Assembly: GCA_003645695.1 (NCBI GenBank)
Contig: QNBN01000001.1
Location: 1 to 53,494, forward strand
DNA from: Spirochaetota bacterium
GTDB lineage: Bacteria > Spirochaetota > B62-G9
Length of the DNA stretch: 53,494 nt
Direction of reading: 5' to 3'
This document shows, piece after piece, positions 44,983 through 53,494 of the stretch. The number at the start of each line of letters is the position of its first letter. Positions within the stretch are counted from its first letter, which is position 1. The position numbers were made by a program, and so were the translations under genes. Under the pieces are notes generated by a model. That model was not told the origin of the DNA. It was given only the letters and a program-made list of their open reading frames with translations, and ran no database searches.

Positions 44983-47541
44983 ATGTCCCTCAAACATAAA
45001 AACCTCGGAGAATATATTAATCTCCTCTTAAAATGGAAGAAACGTACATTCCTCGTTGGTAATAAAGGATATCGTGAAATAAAGTGGACATATGAAATAG
45101 TATACAACACAATTATGAGTTTTGCTTATATCCTAAAAACTAAAGGCATAAAATATAATGATAAAGTTATTGTGATGGGAAGTCCTTCTCCCGAATGGAT
45201 AGTAGCATTCTTTGCAATCCTGCGGATAGGAGGAATAGTAGTTCCTCTAGATGAGAGTGCATCTGACGATTATCTAAATGAGATTTGTAACCTTGTAAAA
45301 CCAACTTTAATTATTGGATCAAAAAAAATTATTGATTCACATTTATCTCTTATATATATGGATTTTTCTCAAATATCAAATATTGACAGTAACCTATCCA
45401 AACAGCTAAATACAGTAGAAGCATCCCCATCAAAACCGGATGACTATGCAGAAATAGTATTTACATCAGGAACAACTTCACATCCTAAAGGTGTAGTATT
45501 AACTCATAGAAATATAATCACAAATCTTACCCCTATTGAAGAAGGTATTGAAAAAAGAATAAAACTTATCCAAATACTTACTCCCTTCCATATTCTATGC
45601 TCGATACCATTCAGCCATATGTTCGGTCAATCTATTGGTATATTTCTAACAATGCTATTGGGAAGTACACTATACTTTACTGATGATTTATCACCTTCAG
45701 CTATAATACGTCGTATCAAGCGCGACAAAATCATTACCCTTATAGCAGTACCAAGAACATTAACACTCATTAAAAATCATGTTGTGGGAATACTTAAGGC
45801 AAGAGGGACATATAAAAGATTCATGAAAAGATGGGACCGATGGGTTAAACTGCCATATCCAATTCGTGTACTTTTCTTTACTGAAATCCATAGAATAATA
45901 GGGTTGAGTTTCTGGTCCTTTATCGTTGGGGGAGCAGCTCTTGATGATGAAACCCATGAATTCTGGCGAAGATTAGTATTTGCAATTTTTCAGGGTTATG
46001 GCCTTACAGAAACAGCTCCCATAATAACTATGTTTAATCCTTTTAAAGATAACAGGAAATCTGTAGGCAAGATATTCCCGAATCAAAAAATAATGATTGC
46101 GCCAGATGGAGAAATACTTGTAAGTGGTGATAACATCATGAGTGGGTACTATAATAATCCTGATGCTACTTCTGAAGTATTTGAGGGTAAATGGTTCCAT
46201 ACAGGTGATATTGGTGCTATTGATGAAAAAGGTCAATTGTACATAAAAGGACGAAAAAAGGATATAATAGTTACAACAGATGGCCATAATATTTTTCCTG
46301 AAGATATACAACAGGTTCTTTCAACTATCGATGGTGTAAGGGATTCTGTAGTTTTTGGTCTATCAGGCAAAACAGGAGAAAGTGTACATGCAGTACTGCT
46401 TCTGAAATCAGGTTTTTCTGCAGAAGAAATTATAAAAAAAGCCAATCAAAAATTGCTTCCATATCAGAGGATTAAGAATTTTACAGTATGGAATGAAGCA
46501 GATTTTCCACGAACTCCTACCCTAAAGGTCAAACGATATGAAGTCATTAGCAGGGTAATGCAAAAAAAACAAAAAATAGTTGACCATAATCATATTCTTT
46601 CAGAGATTATCCCTGATTCTCTAGCTTCTCCTGGAACCTCTCTTGCTGAACTTGGACTAGATTCACTTGATATGGTAGAACTTTCCTGCAAGGTTGAGGA
46701 AAAGTTGGGAGTGAGTATCGATGAAGCAATAATAACCCCTGAAACAACGGTAAATGAACTTGAAAAAATCTTAGCCGAGCCGCATATTAAACAGGAACTA
46801 CCAATGCCTCGCTGGACATTTTTTAAAATTATAGGTTTGCTGCGCATTTTATGCTTGAATCTTATGATTCTACCAATTTTCAGATCTTTCATTCACTTAG
46901 ATGTAGTAGGATTGAATAATTTAAAACAAACACATGGGCCTTTTATAATTGCAGCAAATCATACCTCGCATCTTGATCCACTCGCCATTTTATCGGCTTT
47001 ACCATTTAAATTTAGAAATCGGATTTCTCCTGCAATGGGTCTTGACAGATTTCACTATTACTTCACCAAATTCTCACATACATCTGTCCAAAAAAATAGG
47101 CTAAGAGAAGATCCACAAAGAAATATTTCACATAGATTAAAAAGGGCTCTGCAAAAAATCGCATATGTTATTATTACATTCTTATTCCAAACTTTTCCTT
47201 TTCCACAAATAACAGCATTTAAACCAAGTCTTGAATTCTGTGGCGAAATAGTTGACAGAGGTAAATGGATACTAATATTTCCAGAAGGGGAGGTATCAAA
47301 ATCGGGTAAAATGGGAAGTTTCAAAAGAGGAATAGAGGACATTGCCAAAAATACAGGTATTCCGGTCATTCCTGTGGGTATCTTTGGCATGCATAATGTG
47401 CTTTCTCCGGGTAGAATTTTACCACATAGAAGCAATGTAACAGTGAATATAGGAAAACCTATACACTATTGTAAAGAAAACCATATAAACTTTACAAAAA
47501 AAATTGAAAAAGCTGTCTTGAATCTCTTAGAAAATAATTGA
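44983..47541 (+). CDS. Tri-domain fusion: acyl-AMP ligase (ANL) - phosphopantetheine carrier domain - PlsC-type acyltransferase
   Basis: 852 aa. ANL motifs: FTSGTTSHPKGVVLTH, GYGLTETAP, GDIGAIDEKGQLYIKGRKKDII, PRTPTLKVKR. Carrier motif LGLDSLDMVEL (Ser codon at 46663-46665). A hydrophobic segment follows, then PlsC motifs NHTSHLDP (HX4D) and FPEGEVS. Confidence 0.85.
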   Translation: MSLKHKNLGEYINLLLKWKKRTFLVGNKGYREIKWTYEIVYNTIMSFAYILKTKGIKYNDKVIVMGSPSPEWIVAFFAILRIGGIVVPLDESASDDYLNEICNLVKPTLIIGSKKIIDSHLSLIYMDFSQISNIDSNLSKQLNTVEASPSKPDDYAEIVFTSGTTSHPKGVVLTHRNIITNLTPIEEGIEKRIKLIQILTPFHILCSIPFSHMFGQSIGIFLTMLLGSTLYFTDDLSPSAIIRRIKRDKIITLIAVPRTLTLIKNHVVGILKARGTYKRFMKRWDRWVKLPYPIRVLFFTEIHRIIGLSFWSFIVGGAALDDETHEFWRRLVFAIFQGYGLTETAPIITMFNPFKDNRKSVGKIFPNQKIMIAPDGEILVSGDNIMSGYYNNPDATSEVFEGKWFHTGDIGAIDEKGQLYIKGRKKDIIVTTDGHNIFPEDIQQVLSTIDGVRDSVVFGLSGKTGESVHAVLLLKSGFSAEEIIKKANQKLLPYQRIKNFTVWNEADFPRTPTLKVKRYEVISRVMQKKQKIVDHNHILSEIIPDSLASPGTSLAELGLDSLDMVELSCKVEEKLGVSIDEAIITPETTVNELEKILAEPHIKQELPMPRWTFFKIIGLLRILCLNLMILPIFRSFIHLDVVGLNNLKQTHGPFIIAANHTSHLDPLAILSALPFKFRNRISPAMGLDRFHYYFTKFSHTSVQKNRLREDPQRNISHRLKRALQKIAYVIITFLFQTFPFPQITAFKPSLEFCGEIVDRGKWILIFPEGEVSKSGKMGSFKRGIEDIAKNTGIPVIPVGIFGMHNVLSPGRILPHRSNVTVNIGKPIHYCKENHINFTKKIEKAVLNLLENN

Positions 47542-47562
47542 ACTAATAAATTCAAGGTATAA

Positions 47563-48717
47563 ATGAAAAAATTCGATGTTATTGTGGTAGGGGCTGGTCC
47601 TGCTGGTTCAACAGCGGCAAGGTTTTGCAGCGAAGCAGGACTAAAATCAGCCATCATTGAAAAAGAAAAGCTTCCAAGGGTAAAGGCTTGCGCCGGTGGT
47701 GTTATTCCTGCAGGTTTAAGATTCTGCAATATTGATTTGCCGGATGATCTTATAGAAAATAAATGTGATAAAATTAAACTAAGCTATAAAAGATACAGGA
47801 GAATAGTGAAAATACAGGAACCCATATATATGGTTGAAAGAAGTAGATTTGATATGTTCTTAACAGAAGAAGCCATAAAAATGGGGGCAAAACTCAAGGA
47901 AGAGGAAAAACTAATCGATCTAAAATACAAAAATGACCAGCTTATAATCACTACATCCCAGGATCAATACAGGACAAAAATTCTAATTGCTGCTGATGGA
48001 TATTTTAGCACTGTACGAAAAACACTTGGGATCAGCTTAAATGTTAAAGACTCACCTATAGCCATTGAGGCCACTATTCCAATGGATAGAGATGAAATTT
48101 ACAGTAGATTCAACAGAAGTGTATCCGTTCATTATATTCCGGGATTATTCGGGTATGCCTGGATATTTCCGAAAAAAAATCATATTTCAGCAGGTCTCGG
48201 ATCATTTATTAGACCCCCAAAAAGTATAAAAAACACATTTTTTAATTTTCTTGCCTTACATCATCTGAAAGCTCAATCAAAAATTAAAAGCTGGTTTCTT
48301 CCGCCCTCCGATGGGTACCACAATCTAGTTTATGACGGCATAATGTTAACAGGAGATGCAGCAGGTTTTGTTGATGCATTCACGGGCGAAGGTATAAGAT
48401 ATGCGATGATATCTGGAAAACTTGCAGCATTAACAGCAGTAGAGTGCTTTAAAAAAAGGAATTTTTCAAATGATTGTCTGGTTAGTTATAACGATTTATG
48501 CAATAAGTTTATAATTCCCAATCTGGCATACTCAAAAAGAATTTCATACTATATCTATCGATATAGCTGGTTTACCATTCCTGCAGCTTTTAAAAACAAA
48601 GAACTCCTCGAAATGTACGCAAATACTCTCTTCGGTTATGGTAACTATAAAAATTTAATAAGCTGGATAAAACCAAAAATGCCCTTCATTTTTATTAAAA
48701 GATTTCTACCATCTTGA
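47563..48717 (+). CDS. Geranylgeranyl-reductase-family FAD-dependent oxidoreductase
   Basis: DVIVVGAGPAGSTAA dinucleotide fold, KACAGGV, and GDAAGFVDAFTGEGIRYAM, the typical GGR-family blocks. It starts 21 nt after the fusion gene. Confidence 0.8.
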   Translation: MKKFDVIVVGAGPAGSTAARFCSEAGLKSAIIEKEKLPRVKACAGGVIPAGLRFCNIDLPDDLIENKCDKIKLSYKRYRRIVKIQEPIYMVERSRFDMFLTEEAIKMGAKLKEEEKLIDLKYKNDQLIITTSQDQYRTKILIAADGYFSTVRKTLGISLNVKDSPIAIEATIPMDRDEIYSRFNRSVSVHYIPGLFGYAWIFPKKNHISAGLGSFIRPPKSIKNTFFNFLALHHLKAQSKIKSWFLPPSDGYHNLVYDGIMLTGDAAGFVDAFTGEGIRYAMISGKLAALTAVECFKKRNFSNDCLVSYNDLCNKFIIPNLAYSKRISYYIYRYSWFTIPAAFKNKELLEMYANTLFGYGNYKNLISWIKPKMPFIFIKRFLPS

Positions 48718-48967
48718 CCGCTTTATAATTGACTTGATTTATACAATTAATAGTATTAATGTCTAGGTTACTATTCAAAAATAGTTTTATTGATTTTAAA
48801 TATAGAGAGAGTTTTGTAATTATTGATTATCCTTAATAAAATAAGTCACACATCGTTATTTTAATGTAAATCAACCATCTCGAAGGATGACTAAATCAAT
48901 TCAGATTTCTCTCAGCAGTTAAGCACTACATGAAACTATTTTTAAAATAAATAAAAGGATTAAAATA

Positions 48968-49948
48968 ATGCAGGTATTTCAATGGAAAAAAAGTGGAGGT
49001 AGTAATCCACAGGTAAAAAAAAGCTGGATAATTGGAATAATCTCAGGAATATTTGGGATTATCATTCTATCGACTATGTTCTATCAGGTTGACACCGATT
49101 CTGTCGGAGTAATTACAAGGTTTGGAAAATATATTGATACAACTCAACCAGGTTTACATGTTAAGGTTCCTCTGGGTATCGATAAAGTTGTAAGAGTACC
49201 TGTGCAGAGAGTCCAAAAGGAAGAGTTTGGATTCAGGACAGTTAAAGCTGGAATACAAACTGAATATATAAAAGGCAGGGATGAGGATGTATCTCTTATG
49301 CTCACAGGTGATCTTAACAGTGCGGTGGTTGAGTGGATTGTACAGTATCAGATTGGAAACCCTGTTAATTATCTCTATAACATAAGAAACGTGCGCTCCA
49401 TTATAAGAGATGCTTCTGAGTCAGTTATGCGGAAGGTAGTTGGAGATAGAAGTGTTGATGAGGTTATTATTCTTTCAAGAAGAGAAATAGCACAGGAGTC
49501 AAAGGATCAACTACAAGATATGCTAAATTCAATGGGAGCTGGTATTCATATTGTAACACTTGAATTGAAGGATGTAAATCCACCTGATCCCGTCAAACCT
49601 GCTTTCAATGAGGTAAACGAAGCGAAGCAAGAAATGGAGAGGATGGTAAATGAAGCATGGGAATCCTACAATAAGATCATACCAAAAGCAAAAGGGGAAG
49701 CTGAAAAAACAATAAGACAGGCTGAAGGATACGGCTTAAACAGGGTAAATAGAGCCAGGGGGGATGCTAATAAGTTTTTAGCCATCTGGAAGGAGTATAA
49801 CAGAGCAAAGGATGTTACAAAAAGGCGTTTATATCTCGAGGCAATGAATGAGATTTATCCACAGATTGAGAAAAAGTATATTGTTGATTCCTCCCAGAAG
49901 GGGTTATTACAACTGCTTAATCTAAATGAGATGGGAGGCAAAAAATGA
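48968..49948 (+). CDS. hflK: FtsH protease modulator HflK (SPFH/band-7)
   Basis: N-terminal TM segment, SPFH domain (VGVITRFGKY..., LTGDLN), and a coiled-coil C-terminus. It overlaps hflC by 4 nt. Confidence 0.88.
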   Translation: MQVFQWKKSGGSNPQVKKSWIIGIISGIFGIIILSTMFYQVDTDSVGVITRFGKYIDTTQPGLHVKVPLGIDKVVRVPVQRVQKEEFGFRTVKAGIQTEYIKGRDEDVSLMLTGDLNSAVVEWIVQYQIGNPVNYLYNIRNVRSIIRDASESVMRKVVGDRSVDEVIILSRREIAQESKDQLQDMLNSMGAGIHIVTLELKDVNPPDPVKPAFNEVNEAKQEMERMVNEAWESYNKIIPKAKGEAEKTIRQAEGYGLNRVNRARGDANKFLAIWKEYNRAKDVTKRRLYLEAMNEIYPQIEKKYIVDSSQKGLLQLLNLNEMGGKK

Positions 49949-50883
49949 AAGGCAAAATAACTGCCATCATAGTAGTAATAATTTTTCTAATCATTGTCCT
50001 ACCAAGTACATTCTATACTGTACCGATGACTCAACAGGTAATAATTACAAGATTCGGAAAACCCGTTGGCAAACCGGTGAAAACCCCCGGGCTTCATATA
50101 AAGAGGCCATTTGTAGAAAAGGTTATAAGATTTGATAAGAGAATTCTCGAATGGGACGGAGATCCTAACCAAATACCGACAAAAGATAAAAAGTATATCT
50201 GGGTAAATACATATGCAAGGTGGAAGATAACCGACCCACTAAAATTCTATCAATCTGTGAGAAATGAGATGGGAGCACAGGCTCGTCTCGACGATATTCT
50301 GGATGCGGCTACGAGAGATTATATAACCTCTCACGTTTTACTGGAAGTTGTAAGAAACTCAAATAGGGAAATGGAAACTGCCGAGAATGAGCTTGAATTG
50401 GCTGCTGATATCAAGGCTCCGATTAAATGGGGAAGAGATAAAATAACCCGCCAAATCCTTAAGAAGGCCTCAAAGATAGTACCCCAATATGGAATAGAAC
50501 TGGTAGATGTTAGGATAAAGCATATTAACTACGTTAAAGAAGTAAGAACTAAAGTCTATGAAAGAATGATATCTGAGAGAACAAGGATAGCTGAAAAGTA
50601 TAGATCCGAAGGGCAGGGAAAAAAGGCTGAGATTGAGGGGCAAATGGAAAAAGAGCTGCAAAGAATTACTTCTGAAGCTTACAGAAAGGCCCAGGAAATA
50701 AAGGGAAAAGCTGATGCTCATGCAACAGTTATATATGCTGAAGCCTATAACAATGATCCTGAGTTCTATTCATTTATAAAAACGCTGGAAACATACAAAA
50801 AGAGCCTTACAAAGAATAGCTGGCTTATTATAAGTACAGATAATGATTTCTTTAAGTATCTAAAGAATATGAAAGGAAAATAA
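49945..50883 (+). CDS. hflC: FtsH protease modulator HflC (SPFH/band-7)
   Basis: N-terminal TM segment and SPFH domain (QQVIITRFGKPVG...). Paired with hflK. Confidence 0.88.
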   Translation: MKGKITAIIVVIIFLIIVLPSTFYTVPMTQQVIITRFGKPVGKPVKTPGLHIKRPFVEKVIRFDKRILEWDGDPNQIPTKDKKYIWVNTYARWKITDPLKFYQSVRNEMGAQARLDDILDAATRDYITSHVLLEVVRNSNREMETAENELELAADIKAPIKWGRDKITRQILKKASKIVPQYGIELVDVRIKHINYVKEVRTKVYERMISERTRIAEKYRSEGQGKKAEIEGQMEKELQRITSEAYRKAQEIKGKADAHATVIYAEAYNNDPEFYSFIKTLETYKKSLTKNSWLIISTDNDFFKYLKNMKGK

Positions 50884-50900
50884 ATTTAAAATAATCGAAT

Positions 50901-50961
50901 AAGGATTACACCCCCTATGAGCAAAAATACTCCCAAAATACGAAGGGGGGTAACTGTCCTT
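50901..50961. terminator. Structured hairpin between convergent hflC and the histidine kinase gene (possible terminator)
   Basis: AAGGA-TTAC(A)CCCCCT ... AGGGGGGTAA-ctg-TCCTT, roughly 15 pairs with bulges. On the minus strand it is followed by ATTCGATTATTTTAAATTT. Confidence 0.4.
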
Positions 50962-51116
50962 ATTGAGAATCCAATCTCTCTGCGTCAGTACATGTTGCGT
51001 TATAAAACAGTAAGCCCACTACACAAAGAAAAAGCACTTTCATTTCTGTGAATGTTACTTAAATTCAAGGGCAGTTTCTTATTGAATTATGTAATGTGTC
51101 ATTTATTAAAGGCAAT

Positions 51117-53342
51117 TTAATTTTGGTCAAGAATTTCGCTAATTATCCTGCTTACCTCTTCAATTTTGTAAGGTTTTGATACTACTCCGGCAAAACCATA
51201 GTTTTTATAATGTGCCATTATCGGATCATTTGAATAACCACTTGAGACAATAGCTTTTACATCAGGATCTAAACTTTTTAGCTTTAAAAGAGCTTCCCTA
51301 CCACCGATCCCACCGGGAACAGTGATATCTAAAATTACAAGATCATAAGGTTTACCCCTGTCGAGAGTCTTCTTATATAGTTTAACAGCTTCATTTCCAT
51401 CTGAAGCAAGCTCAACAGTGTACCCCAGTGTTTCAAGCATATTTCTAACCGCTCCCCTCACCAAAGGTTCATCATCCATAACAAGTATCCTGCCTCTTCC
51501 CTTTTTTATTTCGAGTTTTTCCTCCTCTGTCTTTTTTTGCATTACTTCGACAGCAGGAAAATACATAACCACTGTAGTCCCTTCTCCTTCTTTACTTTTA
51601 ATCTCTATGTTACCACCGTGATTCTTAACAATCGAATAGGTAATGGTTAGACCAAGGCCCATGCCCTTCTGAGTTGACCTTTCCTTTGTGCTGAAGTAGG
51701 GATCAAATACTTTCTGGAGATTTTCTTCTGAGATCCCACATCCTTCATCTTTCACAGTTATTTTAACATACTTACCACTGGGAAGCACAGGCATTTCTAA
51801 AGAAGATACCTCTATATTCTCCGCTGTAATCTCTATTGTCCCTCCATTTGGCATTGCTTCTTTTGCGTTTATCAATACATTCGTCAAAGCCTGTTGAAAC
51901 TGGGTTATGTCACAGTACACATTCCAGAGATCATCAGGAATCTTTACCTCTGTTTTTATATTTGAACCACTAAATGTTACACGAACGGTATCCTTTATTG
52001 CATCTTTAACATTCTCTACCTTCTGTATGGGGGGAGAACCAGAAGAAAATGTTAAAAACTTATAGGCAAGGTCTTTGGCCATTAATGATGCTTTCTCCGC
52101 ATCATTTAAAAATTGAACCACTTCATGATCCTCTCCAAGCTTAAGTTTAGAAAGTGTAATGTTTCCCAGTATCACTGTTAGCAAATTATTAAAATCATGG
52201 GCAATACCTCCTGCTAGAATGCCTATTGATTCAAGTTTGCTTGTTTTTAATCTCTCTTCCTCAAGCATCTTCCTAGTTCGTATGTCTCTTAAAACCAGAA
52301 GATGTGTATTTCCATCTTTGATTTTCATCTCTCTTACTCTGAGCTCAACGGAAATTACCTCACCTTTTATATTTAGCACACGGAATTCACAACCATCGAG
52401 AACACACTCATTTCTATCTCCTTTAATAAAGGTTTTATCTAAAAGATTTTTATCCTCTGAAGTAACAAACTCTGAAAAATCCCTGCCTATGACTTTATCT
52501 ACAGGTAAATTAAAAATGTTTTCGCATCCCCTGTTGGCAAAAATAATCTTTCTATCCCTGAGAAGCATGATACCATCATGTACATTTTCCACAACACTTC
52601 TGTATAGTTCTTCAGATTCTCTTAATTTTTTCTCAATCTTTCTTCTATCTTCAATCTCCTTTATCAGCTGACGATTTTTCTCCTCAAGTAATTTATTCTT
52701 CTTTTCAAGCTCTGAATGAAGGGCAATCATTCCTTCATTTGTCTGCTCTAACTCCCTATTCAGTAATTCTAACCTTTCAAGTTGTTCCTGGAGCTGCTTA
52801 TCCTTACGGTTTATCTCTTCAATTAACTCCATAAGTTCCTGATTATGCATCAATAGCTCTTCATAGGATGATGAGGGAGATTTTTTTATAAGGCTCTCTC
52901 TCCATTGAGAAACAGTTTTAGTATCTACTTTAATGGTATCAGGTAAGAGTTCTCCAATAGTAACCTTTGTTCCTTTACCGGGAGTAGTTTCAATTTTGAA
53001 GTAATCCACTATTTTTTTAGTACCCAATATACCGAGCCCCATACCGGACTTTGATTTATATCGGCCACTCAATATTTCATCAATGTTCTCAATACCCGGT
53101 CCGTTATCTTCAACAACAGCTTCTATAAAATTCCTGGCATTTTTAAAGTTAATCTGAAACTTTACCGTTGCATTACCTGCATACTGAAAAGCATTACGGA
53201 CTATCTCCGAGACTGCAGTAACGAATTTTGTTTGATTCTGAAGTGGCAAACCTATAAGTTTAACTATATCTTTTGCCCTGTTGCGTGCTATAACTACATC
53301 TTCATCAAAGTGAATAGATACATGGGTAAGCGGTATTTTCAT
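51117..53342 (-). CDS. Hybrid sensor histidine kinase with an extra N-terminal RsbW/SpoIIAB-like ATPase domain, coiled coil, PAS, HisKA, HATPase_c and receiver
   Basis: 741 aa. Residues ~1-130 carry the anti-sigma-kinase-like GHKL fold (VSEIVRNAFQYA, VEDNGPGI, GMGLGILG, GKGTKV). Then a long coiled coil, PAS, H-box AHDFNNLL, a second GHKL domain (DEGCGI, GMGLGL, GEGTTV), and REC (ILVMDDEP...LVILDITVPGG...KPY). Confidence 0.88.
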   Translation of the reverse strand: MKIPLTHVSIHFDEDVVIARNRAKDIVKLIGLPLQNQTKFVTAVSEIVRNAFQYAGNATVKFQINFKNARNFIEAVVEDNGPGIENIDEILSGRYKSKSGMGLGILGTKKIVDYFKIETTPGKGTKVTIGELLPDTIKVDTKTVSQWRESLIKKSPSSSYEELLMHNQELMELIEEINRKDKQLQEQLERLELLNRELEQTNEGMIALHSELEKKNKLLEEKNRQLIKEIEDRRKIEKKLRESEELYRSVVENVHDGIMLLRDRKIIFANRGCENIFNLPVDKVIGRDFSEFVTSEDKNLLDKTFIKGDRNECVLDGCEFRVLNIKGEVISVELRVREMKIKDGNTHLLVLRDIRTRKMLEEERLKTSKLESIGILAGGIAHDFNNLLTVILGNITLSKLKLGEDHEVVQFLNDAEKASLMAKDLAYKFLTFSSGSPPIQKVENVKDAIKDTVRVTFSGSNIKTEVKIPDDLWNVYCDITQFQQALTNVLINAKEAMPNGGTIEITAENIEVSSLEMPVLPSGKYVKITVKDEGCGISEENLQKVFDPYFSTKERSTQKGMGLGLTITYSIVKNHGGNIEIKSKEGEGTTVVMYFPAVEVMQKKTEEEKLEIKKGRGRILVMDDEPLVRGAVRNMLETLGYTVELASDGNEAVKLYKKTLDRGKPYDLVILDITVPGGIGGREALLKLKSLDPDVKAIVSSGYSNDPIMAHYKNYGFAGVVSKPYKIEEVSRIISEILDQN

Positions 53343-53494
53343 ATATTTATAAATTCTCCCATAATAATCCTTTCTAACCCTCAGCCCTATCCTTAATTTG
53401 TCTTATCTTTTTTGCTAGACTTACCGGCGTAAATGGTTTTTGCAGATAGTTTATCCTCTTTTTCATTACACCACCCGAAACAATCCCCTAATCC

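Noticed and set aside
49926-50135. 69-aa plus-strand ORF at the hflK/hflC junction
   Set aside because: It is an alternative frame of hflC, and the 4-nt hflK-hflC overlap already accounts for this region.
50917-51051. 44-codon plus-strand ORF (MSKNTPKIRRGV...) between hflC and the kinase gene
   Set aside because: Its 5' part is the loop and arm of the large convergent-terminator-like hairpin. It has only a weak AAGGA 12 nt upstream and no recognisable motif, so it is kept only as a remote micro-ORF possibility.
1-53494. CRISPR arrays, rRNA, transposases, toxin-antitoxin pairs or known defence-system genes
   Set aside because: None seen. The only repeats are short hairpins and inverted repeats in AT-rich spacers, without regular repeat-spacer periodicity.

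Overview
Visibly AT-rich bacterial chromosomal DNA; I did not compute base composition. It is mostly housekeeping genes separated by several unusually long, very AT-rich intergenic deserts. Three FlaB-type flagellins (MIINHN..., MWF[HQ][IV]GANMDQR) point to Spirochaetota, which is an inference. I can support about 45 CDS and 3 tRNAs (Asp-GTC, Pro-CGG, Ala-GGC). I found no rRNA, CRISPR array, transposase, integrase or recognisable defence genes. Gene order, left to right: PBP1A (5' partial), lipoate ligase-like protein, two cNMP-binding proteins, amidohydrolase, apt, a sigma-70 family factor, and a LysM/M23 peptidase. Then tRNA-Asp/Pro and a five-gene minus-strand operon of [NiFe] hydrogenase small and large subunits, maturation protease, MetV and MetF. 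Then a TPR lipoprotein with an HExxH membrane protein, tRNA-Ala, an orphan 520-aa protein, a second sigma factor, DUF1385, rpmE and rho. The flagellar filament locus follows: flaB, flaB, a divergent flagellin, flaG, fliD and an unknown 338-aa gene. Then yjbQ, argS, an M24 peptidase, mfd, yibQ-like, tsaD and lysS. Then an AMP-ligase/ACP/PlsC fusion with a geranylgeranyl-reductase-family flavoprotein, hflKC, and a hybrid histidine kinase. The most interesting items are these. (1) A hydrogenase without a Tat signal is packed in one operon with MetVF. (2) A self-contained acyl-activation/carrier/acyltransferase fusion sits next to a GGR-like reductase. (3) An unknown gene is translationally coupled to fliD where fliS is usually found. 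(4) A recurring intergenic hairpin family, GAATAGGC-N35-G(C/T)CTATT, has identical spacing in three copies. (5) CAAGGA (CsrA-type) motifs recur in the flagellin leaders, and a sigma-28-like promoter precedes the first flaB. Nothing here looks like a mobile or defence island. All functional calls come from motif recognition by eye, not from database searches.
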